A DNA stretch of 64,000 nucleotides from Laetmonice hystrix (lineage: Eukaryota), in contig OZ249442.1 of the NCBI GenBank assembly GCA_965235115.1, positions 21,390,001 through 21,454,000 of the forward strand, in the 5' to 3' direction. Each line of letters begins with the position of its first letter. The stretch's first letter is position 1. The notes under the pieces are model-generated. The model worked only from the letters and a program-made list of their open reading frames with translations. It did not search any database and was not told where the DNA came from. A program made the translations under genes and the position numbers. Shown here piece after piece: positions 13,701 through 28,076 of the stretch.

Positions 13701-16700
13701 CACACATCACATTGCAAATGCCTTTTTTGTCGGGAACACCAGACTACTGGCGACTACTACATCATGAGGATGGAAGGAATATATTCACAGCTGTTCTCTT
13801 GGCGAAGCTACTTCAATACATCCACGTTCTGAGATGATAGAACACATCATTAAACTGGTGTGCGGCTACAGGGGCGGGTGCCACTACTTAAAAACAGCAA
13901 TATTCAACAACGTAACAGAGTCCGAACATAAACAATGCTGCAGTTGCCTGCATAGATATATGGAAGTAATCAGTATGCATATCACTTAATTCTATTAAAT
14001 ACCAAATATGCAGAGATATTATTAAAACAATATTCCTCTGGTACATTCGGCGTTTAACTTGTTCTAGATTAATTCTCTTGTTCAGTACCACAATCAAAAT
14101 TTATGTTATGGACCCATCTTCCACTTCTCATTTTAAACAGATTTCTCACCTTTTTTAATGTAAAAAGAAGTCACCATTTTGAACTATTTCCTGCTATTGG
14201 CCTTGTACCATTTTTACTCTTACATACCTATTACTTTACTTTTCTCTTGCGTGGTACCTAATCGGCACTGTTGTGGTACCTTAATCACGCCGACTTTGTC
14301 AACTATTATTTACGGTGTCGCTGGTGATTGTAACGTTTAAGTGGTATAACCGCCACAACTAATGAGTTAAAATCTCCCTAGATCGATAATTATCAGTCGC
14401 CATCTCGACTGCAAATAACAGAAATCGCAGAGAGAAAGTTGAATCGGGACCCACCTTCCGCCATCTTTGATTACGGTACCACGTGGTACCTTAATCGGCG
14501 TAAGCACAGTGAATTTACTCTATTTTTCTTTCGATTCGAATTTCAAAGTGTCCATTCTAAGTTCAGTAGACTTGCAGAAACAAATCTTGCGACATTTTAA
14601 TAATCGCCGACATATTTTATAGAGCCATTCCCCTTCGATATTCGCGCCGAATACATCATGTGTTTAAATGGACGACGTTAATAAAATACAGGTTCGACAT
14701 CTGGACATGTGCGAACTCTTGACCAATCAGAAGGTTCAAGAGAAATCACTGTTGACAGAATGTCCTTGGAAATGAAATGGCAGCCATTGAACCTTCGCCC
14801 CGAGAATCACTTTCCATTAATTTTTGAGTGTGGGTAAACGTGTGTGCAGGTTATCATGTATAAAAGTAAAGTAAAGGTTCTCAGAAATCCCCAACAACAT
14901 CAATTTTTAAATACGTGACATAGAACATCTACTATCTGCATGCCCAAACGTCTACATTTCGATGCAACCAAAGCCTACGCCTGAGAAATGCACAAAATAA
15001 TCCGAACTTGCAATTGGTTCTTACCGATGTCCAGCTGGGTTAGCGAGGTAAGTAGAGTGGATTCCTTGAGTTGCTCAGTTTGCTTCTGGTAGAGAAGATT
15101 GTAGAGGGTGTAGGCAAAATTATACATGTTCTGTTCGGCGCCTCCCCAGGGTTTTCTCAGGGTGTCCTCGGATGTTGGGTAGTCTTTGAAAAATCCAGGT
15201 CCAACCACATCACCTGTAATGGAGCAGGTATATATAGACCGACGTGCTAAATTATAATTTCTTCCCTGGCGCGGGGAAACGGATTCCCACTGCAGATTTC
15301 TCATTGCCATAAAAATGTCTCCCTGTTTAGTAATTACATAGAAGGGACGCGCTGGATATGCAAGTTTTCTATGTTTAAGTCCTCGAATTGGGATGTTCCT
15401 CTTAAAACGCAATAGGTCTTGTATGCAAGAGGAATCTAGAAAATAACCTCTTTAAAAGGGTGAGATAAAAAAGTGGTAATGATTTGATTAAAATGAGGAA
15501 GGAGACGTAGGCGTTAATTTAAAAAGAAGTCTGCATTCATGGGCTGAGACGGGTTTGACAGATGCAGTATAAGTACGGCGAACCGTCCCGGAGACAATAC
15601 ATCTGTCGCCAATCAACAACACCTTGCAAGTCATCTTATGATGTCTGGAGGGCAGTCACGACTGCAGAAACAGCATCTTTACTAAATTATAATTCTCCAT
15701 TCTTTCACTCTCGACCTTCAGGATAATAATTAGACCAGACGTGATTTCGACATGAAGTCCATGGAGGGAAGAGACAGAGAACAGATGCTGTATCTCCTAT
15801 ACCACCCCAAGACCCACGTACGGGCGGTGGTGTTTGAGTTTGTGTGTTGTGATGCAAGAGAGTGGCGCCCCCTGGATATCCAGCACAAGTCGGTTTCAAA
15901 ACCTACTCCGCTCACCTAAAATAACCTATTGATATCCCGCTAAAAATATGATTTAGCTGTTTCAAATATTGCACGTAGTATTATTTACTATGCGGCCTAG
16001 TTGTAAGTGCGCCTACAATTCATTTTTCGGGAATCGTAAGGAAATCTAGGTCGACATTTCGTCACGTACGTTTAGGGTACTTTTAAAAATACACTCCTAT
16101 ACCTCGTATAACCTCTCGTATAAAAAGAATCCTGACTGATATTAAATCTTCGCTCCATTCCCTTCAACTCACCGACTATCCCGACCACCGCTTTGGGAGA
16201 ACCCGGGACGTAGAGGTGTTTGCGTTCCTCTGGTTTAACAAAACGTTCATCGACTGGGATCTCCAGGTCTGGGATGGGCAGGGAACCGGACGAGATGAGG
16301 TCCAGGAAGTAGGGCGTGTGTAGGTGGTTGGTCACACCGTCGTACTGCAGCAACGGTAATGGAAACAATTATTTCCGATCACATTGTATATCGTTGCCAT
16401 TGGTTTATGTGGTAGGCCTACACGTCAGTAGCAAATTATTTGAGTAATATAAGCCTACAGGACCACGTGAGTGATATGACATATTCTTACGCGCGTGAGC
16501 GATAATATAAGGATTGACATGCACCGTCGATGGCTTTGCCTCTACTTTACAGCTCAGAATTTTAACGCATGTCCGTACATTAGGCCTATATATCGTTTAT
16601 CAACATTAATATCAAGTTCATGCACTGACTCCATGACAAGAAAAACAATGAAAACGTCAGACGCATGCTGCAATGGTATTCCACAAATTTCGAAAACGAA

Positions 16701-19700
16701 AAAAAGGGGAAATTTATTAGATATATAAAAAAACTGGATCCTCTACGATCACAAATGAACAACTCTTGAGAAAAACAAACAAACTCCTGATGTATCGGTG
16801 GAATGATGGCCTTAAACGATCATTAATCAAGTCTAAAAAGTTAAATCGTGTTAATTATCTTTCTATGCATTAGCATATAACCTATCATTGTTAGGTTCAG
16901 TTAATATTATCAAATAATAAAGAATTCCATTCCAACCGTGGTGCACATCCTTGTGTGGGATATGTGCGTCCAGATAAAGCTGAAGACGCTGACAGTGACA
17001 ATGACACAGCCGTCCTTGATTGGTAACACAGGCATCTGAATCTGTTTAAAACGTCCCTTCGGTACCTGCAGTCAAATACAACACGACTGTAGAAAAAGTC
17101 GGCAACGTCCGTGGGCTGACTCAGCTCTCATTAGGCCTCAAAACACCAGACTGTCTGGTGAAAGTTTCTATGTTGACAAAGACATTATCGTACTATGGGG
17201 AAAATAGAAAGTCTTAGTTCATGTTTAACTTGCAAATGAAGCTTGGCATCCTGCCTGGTGTGGTACATCTTCAGCCGGTAATTTTGGGGAATTTCTCCAC
17301 TCATTTTTTTTATTGAGGGGGGAGGTGCAGCGAAGAGTCTATTGCGAAGATTTGTACCATGAGGTTCCAGGTTAGGAAGATATCTAACAGAACTTAAATG
17401 GCACAGGAAGAGAGCAGTACGACTTACGTAAACCATAGTCTGAATATCTCCTCGGATTAAACGGGGCATGTACGACTCGACAATCCCGTAATCCTCCACG
17501 ACGATAAACCGATAATCCTCGGAATCATGAAGCATGACTAAAGCCTGAAAAGGGTGACATCCTCTTTACAAGATGGTGGTGACAATGAGCGCCATAATGG
17601 GGATAATAATCAAAGTTAGACATGGACTCGGGGGGGGGGGTTACTACTTCTTGAACAGGCTTTTTTGGCTTGGCTCATTTGTTTACAGTGACATGATGAT
17701 CGTAGTTGCTGAAAAGTCTTCTTATCTTGACGAAATATTATGAGATATAAGTTTGGATTTGATTTCTCGGGTACCTCCACATCTTGCTCCCAGACGTTGA
17801 AGAGGCCTACGTGCAGACCGACTTGTTCTCCTTTCCGAACACGCATCGGAGCTTCCGTCCTCACATAGAATGGTCTTGTGCCTTCGTGCTGCAACAAAAC
17901 GTTCACACCTTACTGTGTATTGGCAGGTTAGAATCACATGACCGATTTCAAGGACGTTCTTTTGATTATAATTCTACCAAACGTTCTTGCAAACTGCCAA
18001 CAGTCCTTTGTAAATATAACCTTAGGGATGCCATCCTTGAGCCAATTGTCTCTGCTGCTTTAGTTTTGATCAGTGTGTTGGCAGTTCTGCACACTGGTGT
18101 TAGTGAAGTAAAGTTACCCTGGTTTATAGACTTACGGAATCATCCTTGATTTGGAGAAATAAAGAGCCGTTAGTGTTTCACATTACAAATCCGTGTATTT
18201 GCACGATGAGAGTGCCCTTACAAAACAAGTACCGTAATGACTCCAGCCGAGCACACANNNNNNNNNNNNNNNNNNNNNNNNNNNNNNNNNNNNNNNNNNN
18301 NNNNNNNNNNNNNNNNNNNNNNNNNNNNNNNNNNNNNNNNNNNNNNNNNNNNNNNNNNNNNNNNNNNNNNNNNNNNNNNNNNNNNNNNNNNNNNNNNNNN
18401 NNNNNNNNNNNNNNNNNNNNNNNNNNNNNNNNNNNNNNNNNNNNNNNNNNNNNNNNNNNNNNNNNNNNNNNNNNNNNNNNCTCACCCTAGGGGGGTTGTG
18501 TATGATACCGAATCCTCGATCTTTACTGATGGCGAACCCTCCCAGGATCCAAGTCATCGGTTCATCTGGGATTTCCGTGATAACATCCAGACGCCCGTTA
18601 GGCCTGCGGCAGAGGTACACTTTGAAATCATGTTCCATTAAATTTTCCTCTCATTCAACAGCAAAAGTGAAAGCTTCGTATTGCCTGCTCTGAGCTACAT
18701 GATCCGAATCCTTTAAATGCATCAATTATTGAGCAGCTGTTCATGATAACAAGCCAAAGTTCCTGCTTGAAGTGTTTATCAGTCTTGCTGATTTTTATTT
18801 AAAGGACGGTGTTTCATTCTGGCTGTTTTTCGCTGCCGTTGATTGACATGTGCTGTTTGATATATCATTACAAAACACGTAGAAATCCGATCACTCCAGG
18901 CAAATATCAGTGAAATGAAAAACCTCAGGCTGTTTGAACGTTTCATTAGCTTTTAGCTTTATAATTAATCTATGGAAACATGGACCTACATGACGAAATG
19001 AGAGCCCCACAACCAAGTGCCTTTACGCAGAAAGTGGCGCGTCAGAAATGATAGCCGTTTGCGAGGTTCTGTATATATTTTCTTCTCCTCGAACGAGCCT
19101 GTAACACAAGTGTACATTTCATTCCCCCAGAGGTGAAAACTGGGATCAGTCATATCAAGATACTATCAACGCAACTGTATTCTGTTCACTGCGGTTTAGC
19201 TTGACCAGAAACGTTATACTAATTATATGAAAAATGCGCACTGCGCAACTTTTGTAAAATCCCACGGGAGGGGGGCAGAGTGATAACATTGTCTTTATAT
19301 CGACTGTAAAAGAGTGGCCAGAGATGGGTAGGAATTTTCTGCTCTCTATTTTCACCCCCTGAGACTTGGTAACTGTATGATACTGACACCCCATTTCGTC
19401 CTGGCCATCCGTACACTGTCGTGTGCCATCACACCACTGTTCGCGGCGATAACACGTGCCATCCATACAAGGAAAGTCTCCAAGTGTCTCATTGCAGTCA
19501 TCTGAAACCCGATATGAGACGCTTTAACAGAGCAATCAAAACTCAGTCCGTGACAGGGAGAATTCTTGAGGTCGGATTTGTCAGAGATTAGCTCTCCTCT
19601 TGCTCAAGTGTATAGTACCATGATTTATACTAGTCACTGCAATATTTATGTTCTGAGTATCTAGTTTTGAAACAATGCGACGGTTAACTCTGAACTTATA

Positions 19701-22700
19701 TAATTGGGTAAACATTTCAAATAGAACATTCAGAATAAAAAGACGAAGTTGGCAATAGATCAGGCAGCATTCAGAGTGGCTACACTACTTTATTTTGTAA
19801 ATTTGTCTACATTCTATTTGTTCAATATTTCCTTGTCACCCCGTGTTTTTTCTGTGGTCAAGATACTCACGTGGTATTCGGGTGACGTTGGCATCGGTTA
19901 GCACCAGTAAACCCGCATACTAGACGATACACCGTCCGTGCAATAAAACATTTATAAGTTAGACAAAAAAAATCCAATATCTACTCTTACTAAACAAACT
20001 CGCTTTCCATTACAACATCATTTTACGTAGGTAATTCAAGCCTTTCAATTAGTATTTTTTTTGCCCGGACAACTTTTCTAGCTTGGTTCTCTGTTTCATA
20101 AGTTATTTCGAATGACCCTGATTTCAGCCCATGCACATCTGCCCGAAACATCTGATACGCAAACATAATTGACTCAGAAATATGTCCTCACTTTTCCGCG
20201 TGTAATGGCGCCAATTAACTGACGCAGGTATTTCTTGCATAAATTATTACACTACAGGTGGTCACAGGGAACGCGCCCCCTAGCGGCCGTCTTTCAATGA
20301 AGTACAATCTACGATTATCGTCAATGTATATAAGTATTTCCCCCTTCTTCCCGTCCCGAGCTCCAGCGATTGAGAAGAGAAGAAAGATGTACAGACCTCG
20401 AAGGTAGTGTTGGCGTCGATACCGTAGGTGGGGGCAGGGAAGGTGACAAGCTGCTCCTGCTCCTCAGGTAACTGCCACACGTACTGAAAACTTCGGTTGA
20501 CGTGGTTGTCAAACGTCTGCAGCTCACGTACGATCTAAAGAAAATATATAAAAAAAATATGAATGAATAAATAAATATAAATAAATATTTAAAAAAATAA
20601 TGCAAAGAACGAGAAATAAGGACGAGAGACAGACACCCAGACAGACACACACACGCAGAAAGAAAGGAAGAAAAAAAAAAAGATAGAATGAATGAAAGAG
20701 AGAGAAACTCGAGTGTCTCGAGTAATGTGAGATTGGAACTGCAGATCACATTATCTAGTGTTCTTAGTGTGCACTCCTGTCCCGCTTACATTTCATTCCC
20801 CAGTCGTCAAACTTGGTCTTCTATTACGTTCTATTCGTTCATGTCGCTATCAGAATGTCATTTCCACAACTATCTAAGCCCATTCTCGATTACGTATGTT
20901 GCTTAGAGTTCAACTGGATATATACTGTCGCCAAATGTCATTCTCACCACCTCGGCTTCGATGACAAAGCTGGTAAGTGATAAAAGGGGAATTATCCATA
21001 AAATCTAAAATCAGAATATAACTCAGCGAGGAGAAATAGTAGGGGAGAAGGACGAGGACGAGGAGGAGAAAGAGTGGGGGAGGAGTAGGAGCAAGAGGAG
21101 GAGGAATGGCTTACATCTATCTCAGTGATGAAGGAGCTCCATCCTTTGGCCCAGAGCTCGTAGTCCATGACCTGGGCGCCGATATATGAGGAGGGGTCAG
21201 TCATTCCACTGAGTTCGATACTATTACCCGTGAAATCCTTACCGCGGTTAAACTTGATGTTCACCTGCCGTGGACAACATGCATACATACAGCATATTAC
21301 ACTGAAGTTCTTGACGTTACACAATCTCCTAGACGAGCCGACATCACGTTATACTCCGTAAAACATACAATATTGCACTCAGCAACTGCACAATCTAATA
21401 ATTGAGTGTTTTTAGATTTTTAGCAATGATATTAGTTTGATATTCCAATTTTAGACATCATTATGAAATCTTCGAAGTCATCCAAATATGACATTCAGCG
21501 TGTTACAAGGACGGGACACTACGCTAACAATGCATTTGATTTCAGTAGACTTTCTTGATATGAGCAAACACTGGAGTCGGTAGAACGAAATACCAGAAGG
21601 AAATCAATAAATTAAGATTATAATTGGTCTGGCCCACAGTTGACGCACCGGGTTCAACCTTGTTCCGTTGATGAAAAAGTTGAGGCTGTCAGAAATGACC
21701 TCTCCCTTGAGGATGTGCCAGACGATAATGTGAGCCTCGGGTATCATGTCACGTGACAAAGCAATGGAGAACGTCTTCTGTGTTGACGTCATTTCAAGGA
21801 CGCCGCCAGTGACGATATTACCGCCGGAAGTGAGCTGAAAAGTAAACAAGAAATATCATGTAAAACTGAGTGAAAAAGCTCGCCAAGCAAACGTCTTCCT
21901 TTCGTGACCATCTTAAGCAATTAACCACTCTCTGTTTAAATCATGTGGGTTTATCGTCGACGCTCCATGATTCGGTAAAACTACATGTTGTTTAATGAGA
22001 GCAGACGAATAGAGGGATCAAAACCGGGAAAAATAGTTGACGCTGCACGCAATTAGGACGTCTTATGGGTAAGACGACACAATTAGTCATATAATTATAA
22101 TAATGACGTTAGAAAGTTAGTCCATTCGGCGGACCCACCAACGGCATAGCCAGGGTTTAGATCCATAGCTCAGCTCAGCAGTTTGAACCACCCTGCGCCT
22201 AGCAAGGTGGACAGTTTCTGGTCTATTAGTAAGTTGGCTTTATTTTTTACACCCACGTCTTCCGAATGACGTCAAAGTTTCCAGGTGAAGTGTTTGTCGT
22301 ACAGTCTTCAATCAAGCAATAATCAATCTGACAAAGACGTGGAATTACAATGTTCAAATGTTATTCTATTTAAGGTAGGGCTAACTATAGTACCCCACCG
22401 CATCAAGATGACTTACCAAATAATAGATGACTTCGACGAACGTATTAGTTGTAACCGTAAACACCATGTATTTGTCAACCTGGAAAGAAGTGTGTCAAAA
22501 CAGGATGAAAATGAAATATGCTGGAAGTAATTTAAGAATCGTTTGAAGGGAACTGTTAGCCAGTAGCATTGCGGGCGGAGAGGCCTTTTCCTGCGTGTCA
22601 GATATCATGGATCGAAAAGCGTCCACTGTTGACAAAGGATTTCCTTTCGGGATGATTACTTTACCCATGGTGTACCAATCTGATTGTAAAAGGTGTATTC

Positions 22701-25700
22701 AAAACGGAAACCCAAATGTTATTGTAAATATATGACAGCCCAAAATGTCCCCTTTCAATAAAATCTTGAATATACCCTTATTAAATTATTGTACAGTTTC
22801 CCTATACATCTGCATTTGGCCCCGGTTTCTGACAGCTCTGAGCAGCAAGCGTGAAGCTAAGCAGTGCTACGGTGGCCCACGAGGACACATCCACTTGAAC
22901 TGTCTACATTGATTTTCTTGGATATTTTCACGACAGTGGAAATATCACAGCGGTGAAAATATTACTACCACGGTTAAATTATTATCACTGTGAAAATATC
23001 GATGAAAATTAATCTTGAAAGTTGAAATGGCTGTGTCTTCGTGGGCCACCGTAACCTTGCTTAGCTTCAAGTGTGTTAGCCTTTCTGAAACCGGGGCCAG
23101 GACTTCCCCTTGCCTACACTCTGTATATCGTCACCGGAAATAAAATCATTAGGCGTGCCCACGCTTATTGAGAATTAACGGATGTTGAACACATACAAAA
23201 TAATTGCGTTAATGACTGTGTCGTTGATTGGTTTTACAAACGAAGGAAACAGACCTGGGAGGAGGTTGTATGTATGTACGTACAGCGGGTGTTTCAGTAG
23301 ATGACCTGATAGTGATGTAGCTCTGTGTGGGCGAGTAGTGGCGATAGGCAGTCAGTTCCCGAACGCGTGTCTCCATATTGTCGTAGTAGGCCTGGAGAGG
23401 TCATTATAGTCATTATCATAATGTAGCTTTCTTCATTTTATAACTAACACGCTCAGCGGGACAACGAGTCAACGGACAATCACCCCGAGGACAATCACCC
23501 CCAGGGGGCAACCGCCCGGCGAGCAACAGCCCCGTATAGGACAAGTGTCCCGTATGACATTCCCCCCGAGGATTATGTTATTACCCCTTGAATTAATAAT
23601 AAGTTGATGGTCGTTACGTGTTTGTGAGGATATGTGCAGGGAAGGTATAGTTTGGCCTGGTTATTACGGACTTAACCCGGGGATTATGGCGATGGGGGTA
23701 CTCGGATGGTATAAAAAAAAGGGGGGGGGGGGTGAGCCGTGCAGGCGGCCAGCCTGACTTCAGTATAGGTGTTAGTGGGACATACGATCTAAATCCCCCC
23801 GAGCGGTATGATCACATTTTTTACTGATATTACGGGACATCAACAAATTTACCGCACATTTACTCATAATACAAGGTAGACCGGGGAGATGGTACTCCGA
23901 GGGATTTCCCTACCGGGCAATTGTCTTACGGGGCAATAGTCTCACGGGGCCATAGGTGGGGTGATTGTTCCCAGGATGACTGTCCCCGGGGCTGTCCTAG
24001 AATCAAGCCCAATTTCCCCGCTAACGGCAATTTTTGGCACATCCGATATGGCGGCCAACTGAAAGGGGATGCATCAACATCTAAACATTATAAACTCACA
24101 AATAAGACCTCCTTTTAAGGGCTTCCTAAGGGGAGGTTATTTTTAGCTCTAGGGTCGGCTACTCCAGGGGATCTACTTCCGGCAGCCAGGTGGTGCCACC
24201 TACCGTCATGCGGATGAGTTTGGCGTCGTTTGGAGGCGTGAATTTCCAGTGAACGATGCCGTCGTCCCGAGTAATGAGTTTCTCTTCATTACTTGTCGTC
24301 GATCCACTGAGTTTGATTACCGAGTAGTTGATAGTAACTTGACGACGGGGTCGGTTTAAGGGAGTGTTGTCAAGATGCCGGACAGCGTACTGCACCGAGA
24401 AGGACAGATCTATACATTATAATCTAGGGTTGGGGTAGGGCTAGGCCTACACCGATTATCGAGAAATTACCGATTCTTATGCCGACGATATATTTATCGA
24501 TTCGATATATATTGTAAAACTATTGACACACTAGGTGACTGCACTATGCACTTCACTCTGACGGGGATTTTGCCAGCATATCGCGAACGTTTACCATCAG
24601 TCATTGATGGGTAATAATTCAGGAAACACAAGAACTGAATAAATGACAACATGAATAAAGTAATGAATAAATAAACAAATAAATAATCTGACTTAGTGTT
24701 TACTTACATAAACATCCAGAGTCTGATTTGGTTTAAATGTCCTCGCTGCGTCCCCTAACAGATGTAACTCGACGTCATTGCTGTAGATGACCGTCAACGC
24801 TGAACCCTTGGCTTGATTTCTTGTGAACCAATCAAAAACCTCCGCCTCCACGTACACCTCATGGTCGGCGACCGGGACGTCATTGTTGGCTTCTGTCAGC
24901 TCCTCCATACTGAACATAAAGTCTGCCGTCCCCGGGAACTGTATCGAGAATAATCACCCCAATATATATAATAACATGTACTTGTACAAATTAGTGGACT
25001 CCCTCATTTCACTTGGAAGACAGTGTCTTGAATATACCCTAGTATGGTTTTCTGAAAAAATAGCCAAGGGTTGGTTAATACCTCAAGTCGCATAAATACG
25101 GAACCAAGTGGGTCCTCAACCACTTTGCCCTGAGCATTCTCCCCATTTATCACTTCTTACGAACAGTGAGGAAGGGATTAGCTCATTTGATCCCAAAGAA
25201 GATCTTTTTCTTAGTGACTGAACATTTGAAACCCACACAAAATCCAGGGGAGGAGAAAGGTAATTAAGGAAGTGGCATGATCAAGGGTCGCAGCGACTTT
25301 TACAACTTTGTATCTCATTTTCAAACGCCATTTCCCGCACGACACCTTATCGCCAGTACAGCATTATAAAAAATTGAAGTTACATTTCAGCAACGGGATA
25401 TAATGGTGCGTGCTTTAATATTAGAACGAAATGAAGAGCAGAGATAAATGTGGCTACACCTACTGAATATAATGAGAATAAGAAAGTTCATAACATTAAA
25501 AGACAAATATCAGAATAGTTGTTTTTTTTACACAAGAGAAACGACTATGATAAACCAAAATGACTGCATGACATTGAGAATCATTTCTGTTTCGGATTAA
25601 AGCATTCTCATACGTGCCTGTATCCTTTTACCAACCTAAACTTTCTCACAATTGCCTCACACATACATGTACATGTTTGGAGGTAAGACTGTCATGAGAA

Positions 25701-28033
25701 TGCCTTCCTTAATAAAAGCACAGCAGAACTCACGTAGCGGGTTGGCCTGGTTATTTTCGGCCAGGTGTACACTTTGTTTGGATCACGTTTCCCCGGTGGC
25801 AGTCGGATCTCTGCTGTGATAGTCACGTTGCCTCGGGATGACTGGCCAATACTCATGCTGGAGAGATTTTAAAAAACACATCTCATGGCATCATGTCCTT
25901 GTAAAAGGGGGGAATCACGTAAACTGTTTCTGAATGAAAAGGTCACCTCCTTAGGACAACAGGAGATATTCAAACTCGATGAAGTACAAGAATGTAATAT
26001 CAGACGCGGAACGAGAGAGTCTCTGCTCCACCACGACATGTTTTCTTCAAGTAAGAGTAGTATCCATTAAATACTAATTGCCCCTAAATGTGTCTTTTTA
26101 TGGATCTTCCTATCTTACTTGGCCAGAATGGAGTGTGACAATCTCTTGGCCAGGATGGAGTGTGTGAATATCTTACTTGGCCATGATAGTGTGTGAATAT
26201 CTTACTTGGCCATGATGGTGTGTGAATATCTTACTTGGCCATGATGGTGTGTGAATATCTTACTTGGCCAGGATGGAGTGTGAATATCTTACTTGGCCAG
26301 GATGGAGTGTGAATATCTTACTTGGCCAGGATGGAGTGTGAATATCGTATTTGGCATGATGGAGTGTGAATATCTTACTTGGCCAGGATGGAGTGTGTGA
26401 ATATCTTACTTAGCCATGATGGAGTGTGAATATCTTACTTGGCCAGGATGGAGTGTGAATATCTTACTTGGCCAGGATGGAGTGTGAATATCTTACTTGG
26501 CCAGGATGGAGTGTGAATATCTTACTTGGCCAGGATGGAGTGTGAATATCTTACTTGGCCATGATGGTGTGTGAATATCTTACTTGGCCAGGATGGAGTG
26601 TGAATATCTTACTTGGCCAGGATGGAGTGTGAATATCTTACTTGGCCAGGATGGAGTGTGAATATCGTATTTGGCATGATGGAGTGTGAATATCTTACTT
26701 GGCCAGGATGGAGTGTGTGAATATCTTACTTAGCCATGATGGAGTGTGAATATCTTACTTGGCCAGGATGGAGTGTGAATACCTTACTTGGCCATGATGG
26801 AGTGTGAATATCTCTTGGCCAGGATGGAGTGTGAATATCGTATTTGGCATGATGGAGTGTGAATATCGTATTTGGCATGATGGAGTGTGAATATCTTACT
26901 TAGCCATGATGGAGTGTGAATATCTTACTTAGCCATGATGGAGTGTGAATATCTTACTTGGCCAGGATGGAGTGTGAATATCTTACTTGGCCAGGATGGA
27001 GTGTGTGAATATCTTACTTGGCCAGGATGGAGTGTGTGAATATCTTACTTGGCCAGAATGGAGTGTGAATATCTTACTTGGCCAGGATGGAGTGTGAATA
27101 TCTCACTTGGCCAGGATGGAGTGTGAATATCTCACTTGGCCAGGATGGAGTGTGAATATCTCACTTGGGCAGGATGGAGTGTGAATATCTCACTTGGGCA
27201 GGATGGAGTGTGAATATCTTACTTGGCCAGGATGGAGTGTGAATATTTTACTTGGCCAGGATGGAGTGTGTGAATATCTCACTTGGCCAGGATGGAGTGT
27301 GTGAATATCTTACTTGGCCAGGATGGAGTGTGAATATCTTACTTGGCCAGGATGGAGTGTGAATATCTTACTTGGCCAGGATGGAGTGTGAATATCTTAC
27401 TTGGCCAGGATGGAGTGTGAATATCTTACTTGGCCAGGATGGAGTGTGAATATCTTACTTGACCAGGATGGAGTGTGAATATCTTACTTGGCCATGATGG
27501 TCCCACCGATAGCATAATCATCGGCGATGTGGTACAGTGGCATGCTGACGTTCACATCTATGTAGGTGAGAACTGTAAGAAAAGGATAACACGACTACAA
27601 ACTCAGGGTGATGTAGTGGGCTCTGTCTAAATGTAGTTTCATTAGGTATAAATCAAAATACCAGCACTTTAATATTTATCGTTCATAGCTTTCTCTAACG
27701 TCACAAAGAACTGTCCATAGCTGTGTGTCTATAGACTGACCATGCCAACTGATGGATGCGTTTTTTTCGCCATACCGTTGGTTAAAATTAAATACATTAT
27801 GTTGTACTCACAGAATTCTATCACTTCGAATTCTTTATAGTATTCGTGACCCTGTCAGGGATGCCGGATAAAGAATGTCAAGTTAGTGAAAGTATGTACA
27901 GGATTTAATTAATGTAGCCATTCATGTTCTACACTAGAAACCGATACGATGATATGATGTGAATACAACGGAACACATGGACTTCCCTTGAAATAAATAA
28001 ATAAATAAATAAATCCATTTTAACAAATTGAAA

Positions 28034-28076
<43 letters not shown>

